Shown: in pieces, positions 12,701 through 26,400 of the stretch
How the letters are laid out: every line of letters begins with the position of its first letter
Position numbering within the stretch: position 1 is the stretch's first letter
Source: Octopus bimaculoides
Lineage: Eukaryota
Direction: 5' to 3'
Length of the DNA: 64,000 nt
NCBI RefSeq assembly: GCF_001194135.2
Contig: NC_068984.1
Coordinates: 52,998,430 to 53,062,429 of the forward strand
Position numbers and translations under genes: made by a program
The notes under the pieces: model-generated
Told to the model about the DNA's origin: nothing
The model's input: the letters and a program-made list of their open reading frames with translations, nothing else
The model's database searches: none

Positions 12701-15004
12701 AATTGGGAGGAGATTTCTGGTTTGTAAGCAATGTGATTGAGGATCTCAGAAGACAGGTACTTACCTAGGCAGAGGTATCTGATTATAATTTTCCCCATCA
12801 GAATAACTTTCATCACTGCAGAGATATGAATAACTACTCGTCTAAACTATGACAAATTTGTATAATATCTATATTTTTTAAGAGTGGAGCAGCATGATAT
12901 AAAATATTTAGAAGTGAAATAAGAAAAAAATTTATTAGCTACATTCATTTTAGTAAATATTTCGAAATAGATGAATTCAGCGTTATCTTGCTTAGGTTGA
13001 TAAATTGGTACCAAGACAGTTTCCCTAAAAGGAAGTTAGTTGGAAAACAGAATTAGAAAACAAAACAGATGAGCAAAGAGTAGGGAACATGGACTGTTGG
13101 TTAGAAAAGAGACCAGAATTAGGTTCAAATGAGAAAAAGGGTTTGGGGATAATAAAAAAAATTGAAAAAGAAAGGTTAATTGGGGAACTGAACTCAAGTG
13201 CAATAAATATATAAAAAAAAAAAATTTCTTAAAACAGTTTAGGTTAGTCTTTATTTTCATTAAAAAAAACTTTTATTGTAATATTCTAGATAGCTTGAAT
13301 TATGTTCCAAATTAATTATGATGACAACTACAAAGAAACTGTAATGGAAAACAGTTTTATTATTTTAAATGTTCAAGGTTATGCAGACAAACCAAATGTC
13401 AAAGAAAACTTCTCTTGCCTTAAATATAGTTGTCACAATAAGTTGATTTAGAATATAATTAATGATACTGGGAATAATAAGTAAACAATAAACAAAACAT
13501 CAACTGAACTTTGAAGAGAACACTGTAACACAACATTGTGAGATTTAAAAAGACATTAACATTTATGGAATACATTACTCCATTATGGAAAACAAACCTA
13601 TCAGAGGTAGCGTCTTGACGAGACTTATCAGAAATAACACCAATATGAGACTTATCAGGTGTAACACCACGATGAGACTTATCAGGTGTAACACCACGAT
13701 GAGACTTATCAGGTGAAACACCACGATGAGACCTATAAAGAAGTACAACAGATTCTTGAATAAATAATTTTCTAAATAATAATTTTTAGTTACATTATCA
13801 AAATAACAAATTTATAGATTTCTCTGACTGATCTTTACTTTCACATCTTTAATATCAGCAATGGTCATTAATATAACCTCCACTAATGTTGACACAATCT
13901 CCTAATACCGTATTATATTTAGAGGCAAACAAAACTCAGTATGAGGCAAGTTTTAATAATCCTGGGCATAACTTTAAACTGCATCAACTAGTAGGATCCT
14001 GGTTGAGGAGTTCCTCTTTGCTACTATCATTCCCAAATTCATGTTGACCCAGAAAAGTAGCACCTCTCAGGGTCCCAGTTATGGGTTAAATTGTATTATA
14101 CTACCCAAGATAGTATTCACTGAAATCAGGAGATGGAGCTTGGTGAATGTGAACTATTTCAGCAAATGAATCTTATTGAATCAATGGTATCACTAAATGC
14201 TGAGCAGATGAACAGATAAACTGTCAATTGCCACAATCAACCAGTTCAGTTAGCAAACTACTACTTTCATCTGTAATCATAGTGTGCACAGATAGATGAG
14301 ATATTTCAGTTAGTAAAATACCAATATGACTAAAATCCAGGCCTCATCACTTGATTGAGGCATCTGGCATCGAAGGGTTACAATGGACAGGGAAAGTTAC
14401 CTGATCTAGATGGATAAATAGGGAAAGTAATAAAAAGCATAATTTGACCATTGCTTTGGGTTCTATAAATTATCTGAACAACTACTGCTCTGCAAATCAA
14501 TCAAATAATTGTGTGTGTGTTTTATATATAAAGATAAATTGTTCAATAAATATTTGTCTTTAAAAAATGGTAGATTTGATATCTGATAGGGACGTTTCAG
14601 AATCCTCAAACAGTTATAAAACATTGTATGAGATAAAACATAGTTTTCTCCATCAGGTATAAAATAAAGGACCTTTAAGTCATGGGTAATAAATCCAATA
14701 TTCTTAAATATCAAAACTAAAATATGACATTAGAGAACAAGTCTCTTGCCTGTGCATAACATGATTAGAAACATTTTATGTAAAATTATCAAATATGCAA
14801 CCCCTATCTTTCTTTCTGAGAACTTGGTTGAAACAAGTTCAAAAGATTGTACATGCAGTTTTGGTAACATTTTCTGATGAGTTGTAGTGCACCTGAGCAC
14901 TATACAATAAGTTCATTATAAATATAAATATATATATATATANNNNNNNNNNCATTTTTTTATAAATTGATTTTACCTGTAATTTTGGATTTTGTCCCTA
15001 ATAT

Positions 15005-15041
<37 letters not shown>

Positions 15042-18000
15042 GAAACATAAATAAAAATGATATGACTACTTACTCATGGGCCGGATCTCGTTTATACTGG
15101 CATCGGTAAAGGGAAGCAAGTTTTGTTGCAAAAATTATAGTTGGCAAAAAGAAAATCACTGCCCAGCCTAAACTGAACCAAAAACCATTCTAGAAAACAA
15201 AATTAAACATATGTGAATAATAATAATAATCCATAAGTCAGGTTTTAGATACAGAAATATACATGAGCTTTTACTCATTTTAGTTGTTTGACTGCAACAA
15301 TATTGAGGCATTGCTTTCAAGGTTTTAATTAATTACACAAACCCCAGTGCTTAATCCAGTACTCATTTTATCAAGTGATCGAGACCTCTGGCAATATACT
15401 GTGCTTGAGAAGACTTGTCAAGCCAAGTGAGATCATAACCAGTTGGTTATACTTGCACCTAAATTTTTATATATAAGAATTTTTGTGTGGTAAGAAGCTT
15501 GTTACCCAACCACATGCTTCTACCACTTCCTCTTATTTGGTTTGTTTGTTTGTTTGTTTGTGTGTGTGTGTGTGTTCAGTCCCACTGCATGACACCTTGG
15601 GCAAGTGTCTTCTACTATAGCCTTAGGCCAACCAAATTCTTGTGAGTATATTTGGTAGACAGGAACTGAAAGAAGCCTATCGTGTATGTGTGTGTCTTTG
15701 TGTCTATATTTGTCCCCACCATCATTTGACAACTGCTGTTGGTGTGTTTACATCCCTATTATTTAACAGTTCAGCAAAGAGACAAATAGAATAAGCACCA
15801 GGATTAAAAAGAAAAAAATTAGTTCTGGGGTATTGGATCAATTCATTCAACTAACATTCTTCAAGATGGTGCCCCAGCATGGCCACAGTCTAATGACTGA
15901 AACAAGTAAAAGATAAAAGAAAAGTTAAAAGATCAACTTACTAATGGGTTCAAGAATGTAACACACACTATGTCAGAGATATCAAAAGCTGACTGATAGA
16001 GAGGCTTACAATGACCAACATTATCCATTAACTGAAAATCAAAATATATGAAATTATTATTATTATTATCATATGGTCAATCAAGGCAGTGAGCTGGCAG
16101 AATTGTCAGCACACCAGGCAAAATGCTTTACATTCAGAGTTCAAATTCTGCTGAGGTTGATTTTGCCTTTTGGGGTTGATGAAAGAACTTCCAGTTTAGT
16201 ACTGGGGTTGGTGTAATCAACTTATGCCTCTCCCAAAATTGCTGACCTTGTACCAAAATTTGAAATCATTATCACATGGATAATCAAAGTGGTGAACTGG
16301 CAGAATCATTAGCACACTGAGTGAAATACTTAGCAGCATTTCATCCATCTTTATGTTCCGAGTTCAAATTCCGCCGGGGTCAACTTTGCCTTTCATCCTT
16401 TCGGGATCAATAAAATAAGTACCAGCAGAGCACGGTTTGATGTAAATGACTTACCCTTTCCCCGAAAAAGCTGGCGTTGTACAAAAATTTGAAACCATTA
16501 TTATATGATCAATTATAAATACTTATTTGTTACAGTAGAGGAAAGGGGTCCGCATTATAATCAACTCCAGTACTTGCGATTAATTTATTGATACTTGAAG
16601 AATGAAAGCAAATTCAACTTTGTCACAGTTTGAACCATTAATGTAAATAGCTGTAATTAATGTAAATAACTGTAATTACAACCTGCTCTATATCTAAGAA
16701 TGTAAGGAAGTGGGGTATGGGGTGTTGAGGGGGGCATAGCACTTTTGACAAGGGACACCTTGCACTCTTAGAAGTAGTTCATCCACTTTGGACTCCACCT
16801 AGCAGCTGACTCTTACCTGTGGCTTCAAGGAGTTGTTTGCATGCAACAGCAGCCACAACCTTAAAAAAAGAAAAACTGCTTCAACTGGTGGGCTAAATCA
16901 GTGAGAGTAGCCAATGGTTATGTAACTCTTGATGAGTTAGGGATTGCCTACTTGTGTATGGTAAAGACTGGATCAGGCAGACTCTGTGGAAGAAAGGTGC
17001 TTGGTTTAATAGGGAAGAAAGCAGCTGCAGCAACACTGCAGAGTGCAGAGAACAAGACGAGGAAAACAAGACATCTTAGTCATTCACTGCATCCATCTCC
17101 ATCCAGTAGCCATCTTGACCTGGTCTTGTCACTGGATTGGAGGTGGTCATGGACAAGAGATTCTTTACCTTAAACAAAATCACAATGCAAATCATCAGCC
17201 GTCTCTAGGATGACTAGATGGTTGTGCTGAAATGGAGGGTGGGGGATGGTCAGGTGGAAGGATCAGTTGATTAGTTGATTTTATCAACACCAGCATTTGA
17301 CTAGTACTATATTGAGAGAATTGGCAATGATGATAGGCAAAAGGAAATGCTATGTAAGAGGGGAGGCTGAGGGTGTAATGACAAGAAACAGGGGAGATGA
17401 AAGGGATTTATGATAGGGTTGAAAAAAAGAGACAGATAGAGTTGAAAAGGTGAGTTGCGTAAGCAGAGGTGAGGTCTTGAACTATCCAACAATATAAAGG
17501 GTGAGTCTGAGAATAAATGCTTAATTACCTTATTGGCTACCATTTCTATGGAATCCACAACTATAGCGCTAATATTTTTGACAACCATTTTCAGCACCTG
17601 TATAAAGGAAAATAAATAAATATAGCACTCATAAAAAATAAAATTACCATTGAAAATGTATATTTAGTAGGGTTGACAGAATTGGTAAAACATCAATTTT
17701 CTATGCTAACATGGATTGTTGTCAGGTACAAAAAAGTTGGGGAAGAGGCCACTAGAAGTCAAATATGATCCTATAACCAATAGGCAACTAGTTTCACAAA
17801 TAAAAGTGTGTGTGTGTGCGTGTGCGCGCGCGCGCGCGTGTAAAAATGTAAAATAGAGATAAATAATTGATGACAGAGAATTGCTGAAAAGCAGCAACAA
17901 AGAAGATATGTTCTATATTTTGTACTTCTCCACTGTTTCTTACTATTCATACTGAAGTTGCTTCCTTAAGCTTCACACAACACACAGGTGATCCACAGTG

Positions 18001-21000
18001 TAATTGGTAACACAGTCACCTTGTAAGTGATAGATAAGTGGTTGGGATCGCATCAGTAAGCTTATTTCTTTTTTAAAATGAGACGATGGGCACCAATAAC
18101 AGAAAGGGGCTATGTGACATGTCTGCAATCATGCCCAAAACAAATGTGTGTTGACATCAATAAATGACGAATGACAGAAAGAGCCTCTTTGTGGTCACTG
18201 GACTTGCTGGAAATTGTGGTTAAATCCCACACAAATCATATCCGACTGTCTTAGAAAGGGAAGGACACTTTGGATGAAATAGTCCAAGATGCATTGGTGT
18301 GTAGGGAAAAAAAAGAAGTGATATTCACAGCTAGAATAACTGATCATAGGTTGTGTCAATAAGAAATGACTTCAGGATAAATAATAATAAAAATACTTAC
18401 CACAGAGATCATTTTGGTACCATTTTTGTTAATTTCATTTTCAGTTTCATTAATATCTCTCATTAAATCATCAAGATGTTCCTGAAAAACAATATAATTA
18501 AAATAAATAGTCTGTTCATGCATACTAAAAAAAAAGATATGCTACATTAGGAGAAATTTGAAAGTGAGATCAAAAGCAAATTGAATATCTATTAAGATAG
18601 ATGCCAGAATACTACATATAATAAAGAGAGCACTTGTGTGCTTTCATTGGTACAATAACATTGACCATTCCATATACATTTATTACTAAGATTGTTAACA
18701 TTTAAGAGGGGTGAGGTTGCTTGTTAATGCTAAACATGTTTCAAGTTTCATATTCTAACTTCTTCCACTGAAAAATCACTCCACTCAAACATACTGGACA
18801 CACACACATGTATGGCTGTGTAGTCAAGAAGTTTGCTTTGCAGTCATGTGGTTCCAGTTTTAAGGCCAAGGTAGATCAGAGTAAGATCGTGGCAGGAGTG
18901 ATTTAGTAGCTGGAAATAGGACAGAAATTTACTGCAAATGCAGAGTTACTCCCAGCTACCCAGGATATCTTTGCAATTGTCTCACTACTTCTACAAAATT
19001 GAGGCAATCAGTATGCTAAGTTAAGTTAGATCACTGCCATACTCACATCTCTAATTGGTAGCTAAGGCTCTCCCCACTTACAATAATCAGAACAACCCCT
19101 CTAGTACTGATGGTACAATAAAGTTCATTTTGCCCTCCTCCAAGATAATAAAAGACAGCCTAGAGTCAAAATTGTTGTTGTTGGCACTCAGTCGCTTACG
19201 ATGTCAAGGGTTCCAGTTGATCCGATCAACGGAACAGCCTGCTCGTGAAATTAACGTGCAAGTGGCTGAGCACTCCACAGACACGTGTACCCTTAACGTA
19301 GTTCTCAGGGATATTCAGCGTGACACAGTGTGACAAGGCTGGCCCTTTGAATTACAGGTACAACAGAAACAGGAAGTACGAGTGAGAGAAAGTTGTGGTG
19401 AAAGAGTACAGCAGGGTTCACCATCATCCCCTGCCGGAGCGTCGTGGAGCTTTTAGGTGTTTTTGCTCAATAAACACTCACAACGCCCGGTCTGGGAATC
19501 GAAACTGCGATCCTATGACCGCGAGTCCGCTGCCCTAACCACTGAGCCATTGCGCCTCCACCTTGAGTCAATACAATAGACTCAAAAGTAGTATCTCATT
19601 ATGATTTCCCAAAATTACAGTAGGGATATGTATAACGTACTTAAAGTAATTGTTGCATTGAGTTTAGAAACCATTTAAAGGAATTTAATTGAATTAATAC
19701 CACAAATTGATGTAACTTTGTTATATACACCAAATTTAAAGAGTTAGCTGAACAAATACTCATATATTTATAATGTTTACAGTACAATAATGTAAAGGAA
19801 AACACAAAATTGAAACTCTACATCAGTGGTTCCCAACCAAGGTCCACATAAAATTTTGTTGTTAAAATTTATGTGCTTATACTTCTACAATAAATTTCTT
19901 ATACAATTCCTAATAATATTTAATCATAAAAATACAGTAGGATTTTTTTTATTTATACATCAAATGGCTATGGAGGTCCAGTAGAGTTAAAATAGGAATC
20001 AAAAGGGTTCATACGCAAAACCTGGTTGAGAGCCACTGGTCTACATAAACAGGAAAAAAAAAAAGACTGGAAATTACTAAATATCATTAGAATTTGGGAA
20101 TATGGCTTTGACAATAAGACATGTAAAAAAAAGGAAGATGAAATGAAACATCAATAATGCATCGCATTTTTGGTTCTCACTTCAAGAGTTTCAAATTAAA
20201 TTTATTTACCGTGATATTCATTTTTTGTGTGACGTCATCAAGACTCTTCTTTAGTCGATTCTGAAATAAGTCAAACAGTTAAATATCAGATATGAGTAAA
20301 ATATCACAGAACCAGTTTATTTTATTCAGTTGAAAACATTAAGAATTGTACAGCAAAGAGAATAATAAGTGGTTCTACTGGAATTCCATGATACAGTAGA
20401 AGTAAATAGATTAACAGTTCAGTGTTAAAATACCAAAGTAGACAGCATAAGAAGTAAGAGGATCAGTAAGTTACTATGAAAGTTCACTTAAATTTTTATT
20501 TATTTGAATCAGTAAAATAATAATCAATGTACAATAAACAGTCTGTGGTGGAGACAAAAGGATCACATTTGCTTTGTAAATTTTGTTAACCTGTGTTTGT
20601 GAGATGTGTTTTACTTTTCTCTGCTTTCACCATTATTTGAATTTGAATTGGGAGCCTGAGTTACAGTGAATCTTTCATTTGCTGATTACACAACCATGGA
20701 TGTTGCTCCTATAGATGCATTGCAGTTACTCTCTTGATAGAACTTGGTGGTCCTGACAATTGATCTTCTAAGATTCCTCTGCTCGGCAACAGTGTAAGAA
20801 GCACCATTAGCTCAATTGAGCTCTTCCACTACCTCTTTATAGTCCACTATGCTAAATCCCATGACTTTGCTGTATCCCTGGTAAGGTGGCTGAACAGGTG
20901 CTATGCCTAGCCAAAAGGTAGCCCATAACTATGCTGGACACAGTCTTCACTCCATGATGTATTTTCAAAATACTCACACACTTGAGCAGAACAGTCTACA

Positions 21001-21689
21001 CTCCCAATATCAATAATAGTGAAACAAACGTATGACTGAAACAAATGTATGACTGTGTAGCTAATCTAACACATGGTAATAAGTTATAAGTATTAGAAAT
21101 GTACTGTACAGATGAATAGGCTAAATTAGCTGCAATAGTCACAAAGAGAGAGCCTCTTGGTGAGGGGAAAAAAAAAGAAAAAAAAGAATGGTTACAAAAA
21201 GCTACAATGCTTTTGCTTGTAGATATGTGCTATCCAGAGCTAAATAAGAATTAATATTAATTGGATTGAATGAAATACTTTTTAATTAGTAGAGCATATA
21301 GTGACGTAGCGCTATGATGTGGCATAAATTATGAGTTTATGTAATAGTCATATTATTGTAGGAAATAGCATATATGTAGAAGTGAAAACTGTCAAAATAA
21401 ATACCTTTTCTTCCACCATAGCAAGATAGGTCACATCATGGATTTGCATCAAAACATTTGCTGTGCTATTCAGGGCACCCTATACAAGAGAAAATGGATT
21501 ATTATTTTAAGTATAGTTCACAAATACACAATTTTATATTATACTAGCTGAGTATCCTGTCATTGCCGAGTAATTTTCACAACTACCTGGTACCATCCTC
21601 TTACAGATTTTGTTTAACCCATGGTTGGTCCATTGCTGGGATTTAAGCAACAACAACAAAAAAAAATTTTGTAATTTAAATTTTTAATC

Positions 21690-21753
<64 letters not shown>

Positions 21754-23332
21754 TATAAGAAAAAGTGTAATTATTAACAGAAAAGTATATTAAATTATCT
21801 TTTACACGCCTTTTCTAAATCACTCTGTTGCCCAAATGAAACTCCTTACAAACATGCATACACACACACAAACACACGCAGCATGAGCGATGTGCATATA
21901 CCAAAAGTGAGTGTGGTAAATATATAAATAGAGGGGGAAGGTTTACAATGAGAAAAGTGAAAAATGAAAGAGATAGACATAAAGAAAGAGAAATACTTTC
22001 TGTTGCTGTCAGATTTTGGAATTTTCAAATTAAGTGAAAATTTTCAAATTTGGTACATTGATGTACTTTTTTAAGCTGAATCTGATTTCATGATTCAATT
22101 AATCAAAAAAATTTTTTAGCAAAATATTACAGAGGTTTAAAGTTTGATAATTATCAATCTTTAAATTTTTACCCACTCAGAAAACAGGATTTTGGAGCTA
22201 GCATTTTTGTGACTGATAGCTGTGTATCATAAAATGAAAGTGCACATCAAATTTTCAGACAAAGAGTGGTAAAGAGTGTAGTATATATATACAAAGAGGG
22301 GAAGGCATAAAAAGGAGAGAAAGCTTGAAGAAAGAGAGAGAGATTTGTTGATATAAAAGTTGAGTTATCAGCAAATTATATTTTTTGATTATTATTTACA
22401 GGAAACCTCTTTGGGATGCAGATTTCGAAAACCAAATCTGTGTTTCTTAAGGACACACTGTTTCAGAGCTTTCATGGCTAAACACACATACACTCATTTA
22501 TATTGTAGATATAACAGTAAAAATTACTAAAAGAAAAACTGAAAACTAACAAGTGAAATAATGGCCATCTGTGTGGTTAAGAAATTCACTTTGCAGCCAC
22601 ATAGCTGCAGATTCAATCCCACTTTACAACACTTATGGAAAGCCTCTTCTACCATAGCCTCAAGTCAGACTAAACAGACTCCCTTAGGACAGGCTGTACC
22701 TGCTTTAGGGTACACCATGACCACAACTTGATCTATGAGTGTCTTTATTGGAATCCACTTTGTTACAAGAATTCAGACCGGGTATCTGGGCCAAGGATAA
22801 TTCAATGTATTAATGTACTGCATCTAACAGCAGTAACCCCTAAGTGATTCTTTCTTCTTTTACTTCCATTACCAAAGAGTAAAGCAGGAGCCCTCAAAAG
22901 GTCATGGGTGTAGACAAAAGAAACCTGCCAAATTAAAATATCAAAGTCTAAACAGTATTGAATAGTTAAACAGTGGTCATAGAGCTAATGATTTGGGCCA
23001 CTTAGTTAAATAAATGAATATGTTATTCATTTAAAGTCAATTGTGGGTGTCCCAGTTAGCAGCAGAAAGACAAGAGCAAAATATAGAGTGGTGAGTGAGT
23101 GTGATAACAAGAGAGTTTAATAAGTCAAAATTACATCAGTTACAGCTTTTTCATGTGATATAGGCAGGCATTCTGTTCTTTCAATTAGTTATTTTCTGAA
23201 TAAAAACACTACCTATGTATGAACATGTCTCCAACAACTTTTATAATTAGATATAACTATTAATGCTCATTTTCTTTTACTTTTATGCTTTAGCAGATAA
23301 CAAGAAACTTGTGAATACACACAGATCTCTAT

Positions 23333-23407
<75 letters not shown>

Positions 23408-26400
23408 TATGGTTTGTTGCCAACTTAATGTGGCAGTCCCAGGAAAGGGAAGAATGCTACTGCTATTCAACCCCAAGAAACACCGTTTCCAGTTGGCTTG
23501 AAATTTTATAAGTTTTCAACAGCGAATTAACACCGACAGATAGCAAGGCCAAGCTACACCAGACTGATGAAGAGCAACAACCCTGAAACTAGTCTCTGGA
23601 TACTGGCTTTGCTGGGTGGAGGTGTTTATCTTTCGTCACGTAGCAACTGGAAATTGGGTTTCTTGGGGCTAAATAACAGTAGCATTCTGCCCTTTCCTGG
23701 GACTGCCACAAGCAACAAACCATGACTTTATCATGCTGCTACTGTGTAACTCTCTCTGAGAGATTTAGAAATGCAATATATCTAATTTTATATATATATA
23801 TATTCTGGTCAGTGCTGGTTACACATGAAAGGTACTCGTACCAGTGAAATGTAATAGACACCCAACCCACTTTGTGGAGTGGCTGGAGTTATGAAGGGCA
23901 TCAAGCCATAGAAGCCAAACCAAAACAGACTGATCCTGATGCAGCTCTTCAGTTTACCATCTCCAGTAAAACCATCTACCTCATGTCAGAATGGAAAGTA
24001 GATGTTAAATGATGATGATATATATCAAACTCTGCCAAGACTCTTGCTAATTACTACAATAAGTTTTTCCTTCATAGTAAATCATCCCTCTCGATCTCTC
24101 CTACAGTTGTCAACTTGCACCAATTTAAGCAAAATGTTACAGGCATCAACATTACTGGCCTGTGGGAGTTGGTGAACACCATAAGCACTACCCCTTTCCT
24201 CCAGACACAGTACATAAAACACAAACAGATTAGAAAATAAAACAAAGGATATAAACAAAAGTACTTACATTAAAAACTAAAGATAAATTATGAGCCAAGA
24301 CTTGTAAATCATTTTGTAGAATCTTTTTTCCCAGCTTTAAAAAGAAATGTTTAAAAGTAGCATGAGAATATGAATAAATAGTGGAAAACAAAACAAACAT
24401 GTTATATTTAATATTTTCCAGAGGAACTGTTAAAATAGATGAAATTGAACAGGGATTCATTCAACCAAATACTTGTTGCTAACATTTCTTCTTTTTATAA
24501 TTAAATGTAAAATGTTAGAATTATGAGAAAGAGAAAAAAAAATTACTTGTAACATTTTATGCTTTCCATAAAATTAATTAACAATTAAATAGTTAGAAAC
24601 TAGACTGCAAAATTATTAATGTACTATACCAGCTAATAAAACACAATTCAAAACATACAATCATACAAAATTGTTTAACAGAATAGCAGAATTTCTTCTT
24701 TGTAACATAAAATTAACAATAATATCATGGAAAAGCCACCTCATGATATAAAAAAAACAAAATCAAGGTTTTTATGTAGTTTTAGATGGCTGAAATGGAA
24801 CCTTTGTTATGTAATTGATTCAGTTTCAAAACATGGTGTTGGATCAAATCACCTGTTAACTATATCTCTGAAAACAGAAAAATTAGATCAACACAAACAA
24901 GAAGTTATGAACAAGTAAAACAGTTTTAAAATGCATAGAAAGTTGGAACATGTAGAGTAAACTATTAATTTCGAATATTGGTATCATCAACTGCCATAGC
25001 AGATGCCACAAAGAACTTCCAACCGTTTCAGCTTTTGTAATCAGTTGTGGTTTATAGAAGTAATTAGCTGAAGCCATCAGTGGGATCTCATTACTGAGGT
25101 AATATTTTGGCTCAGAACGCAAAGAGCTGCAAGGTACCTCATCCAATATTCTAACAATTTTGTCATTCCAATGTCCAAGACTGGCATTTTACCAAACCTG
25201 AAAGGATGAAAGGCAAAGTTGACATCGGCAGGATTTGAACTCAGAGTGTAGAGAAAATAACCAAAACTCCCAAGTATTTTATCTGACACTAATGACTACC
25301 AATTCCTCACTTTCTAACAATGGTACATAACCATTTACTCTATCAACCTCTGAGGATTTATGGCAAAGTCAATTTTGGTGAGATACAAACTTAGAAAGTA
25401 ATAAGACAGAAATAAACACCATAAGGCGTTCTGCTCATCATTCTATCAATTCTGAAAATCCGTTGTTCTTATTTAGAGTAAAATATTGTAACATTAAATT
25501 CTAATTAAGGTACAAGGCCTCAGATTTGAGGGAGGAGTATATGTCAATGTTATTGACCCTAGCATGTGACTGGTAATGTATTTTATCCACTTTTCCCACC
25601 TAAGGACAAAAGGTAAAAATCAACCTAAGTAATGTTTGAACTCTGAACAAATGTTATGCAAGCAAATACTGCAAGATATTTTGTTCATCACTCCACCTAT
25701 TCTGGTTATTCTCTATTCTTGCAGAGTAAAATATCGTATTCAAAGTTAGTTACACTTATGATTGTTAATTACTTCTAAATTTATGTACAGTGTAAATATA
25801 AGTATTTCAAATATATATAAAGAAATTAACTCAAATATTAAATGATTCTGTAAACTGATAATGGAAATTTCATTAAAAGCTTAGAACACTTTTCTATCTA
25901 CTAATTTTCTTTAGTAGATTTTTTTCCTATTACAACATGCCTTGATGTAAGACAGAATTGTTACTTGACTCGCATTGCTGCATTTCCAATACCCTTCAAC
26001 AAGCGAGAAGCAGAAAGAAGTAAATGGTTCAAAGGAAAGAATGAAAGCTTTGGAAACAGCCAATAAGGAACAATAATTTTACAGAGTGGAGAATCATTTA
26101 AAAAATTCAGATATCTCATTGATTAGAATTGTCATTCAGTTAATCAGAATGAACTAGGTCTGAAGATAGAACAAGAATTGCAGTAAACAATTTTAAAAAC
26201 GGTGGTACAATAAGGTAAACTGAACGATAACAATAGAGCATAAAAGTGACACGCAGATATTAAATTGGAAAGAAGGTATACGGATGGAACAAGCATAAAG
26301 AAGCCCAATCCAATAAATAATACATGTGTAAGGTAAGCCTTTATTTGTCAATACCATCACAACCTCAAGTTACTACAGGCACATTATGTCTTCCTTTTGC

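Noticed and set aside
13598-13732. CRISPR-like regular repeat
   Set aside because: Contiguous 27-nt units with no unique spacers, eukaryotic context, no cas genes
19480-19560. tRNA-like sequence with A and B boxes (also 51661-51725 and 60605-60665)
   Set aside because: These are SINE heads continuing into repeat bodies with tails and TSDs, not tRNA genes
24853-24867. 15-nt segment with good acceptor and donor
   Set aside because: In this phase-0 intron it reads AGA TAT AGT TAA (stop); most likely chance
26020-26330. Possible LINE RT debris (FRYL...RTRIA)
   Set aside because: Too degraded to call without a profile search
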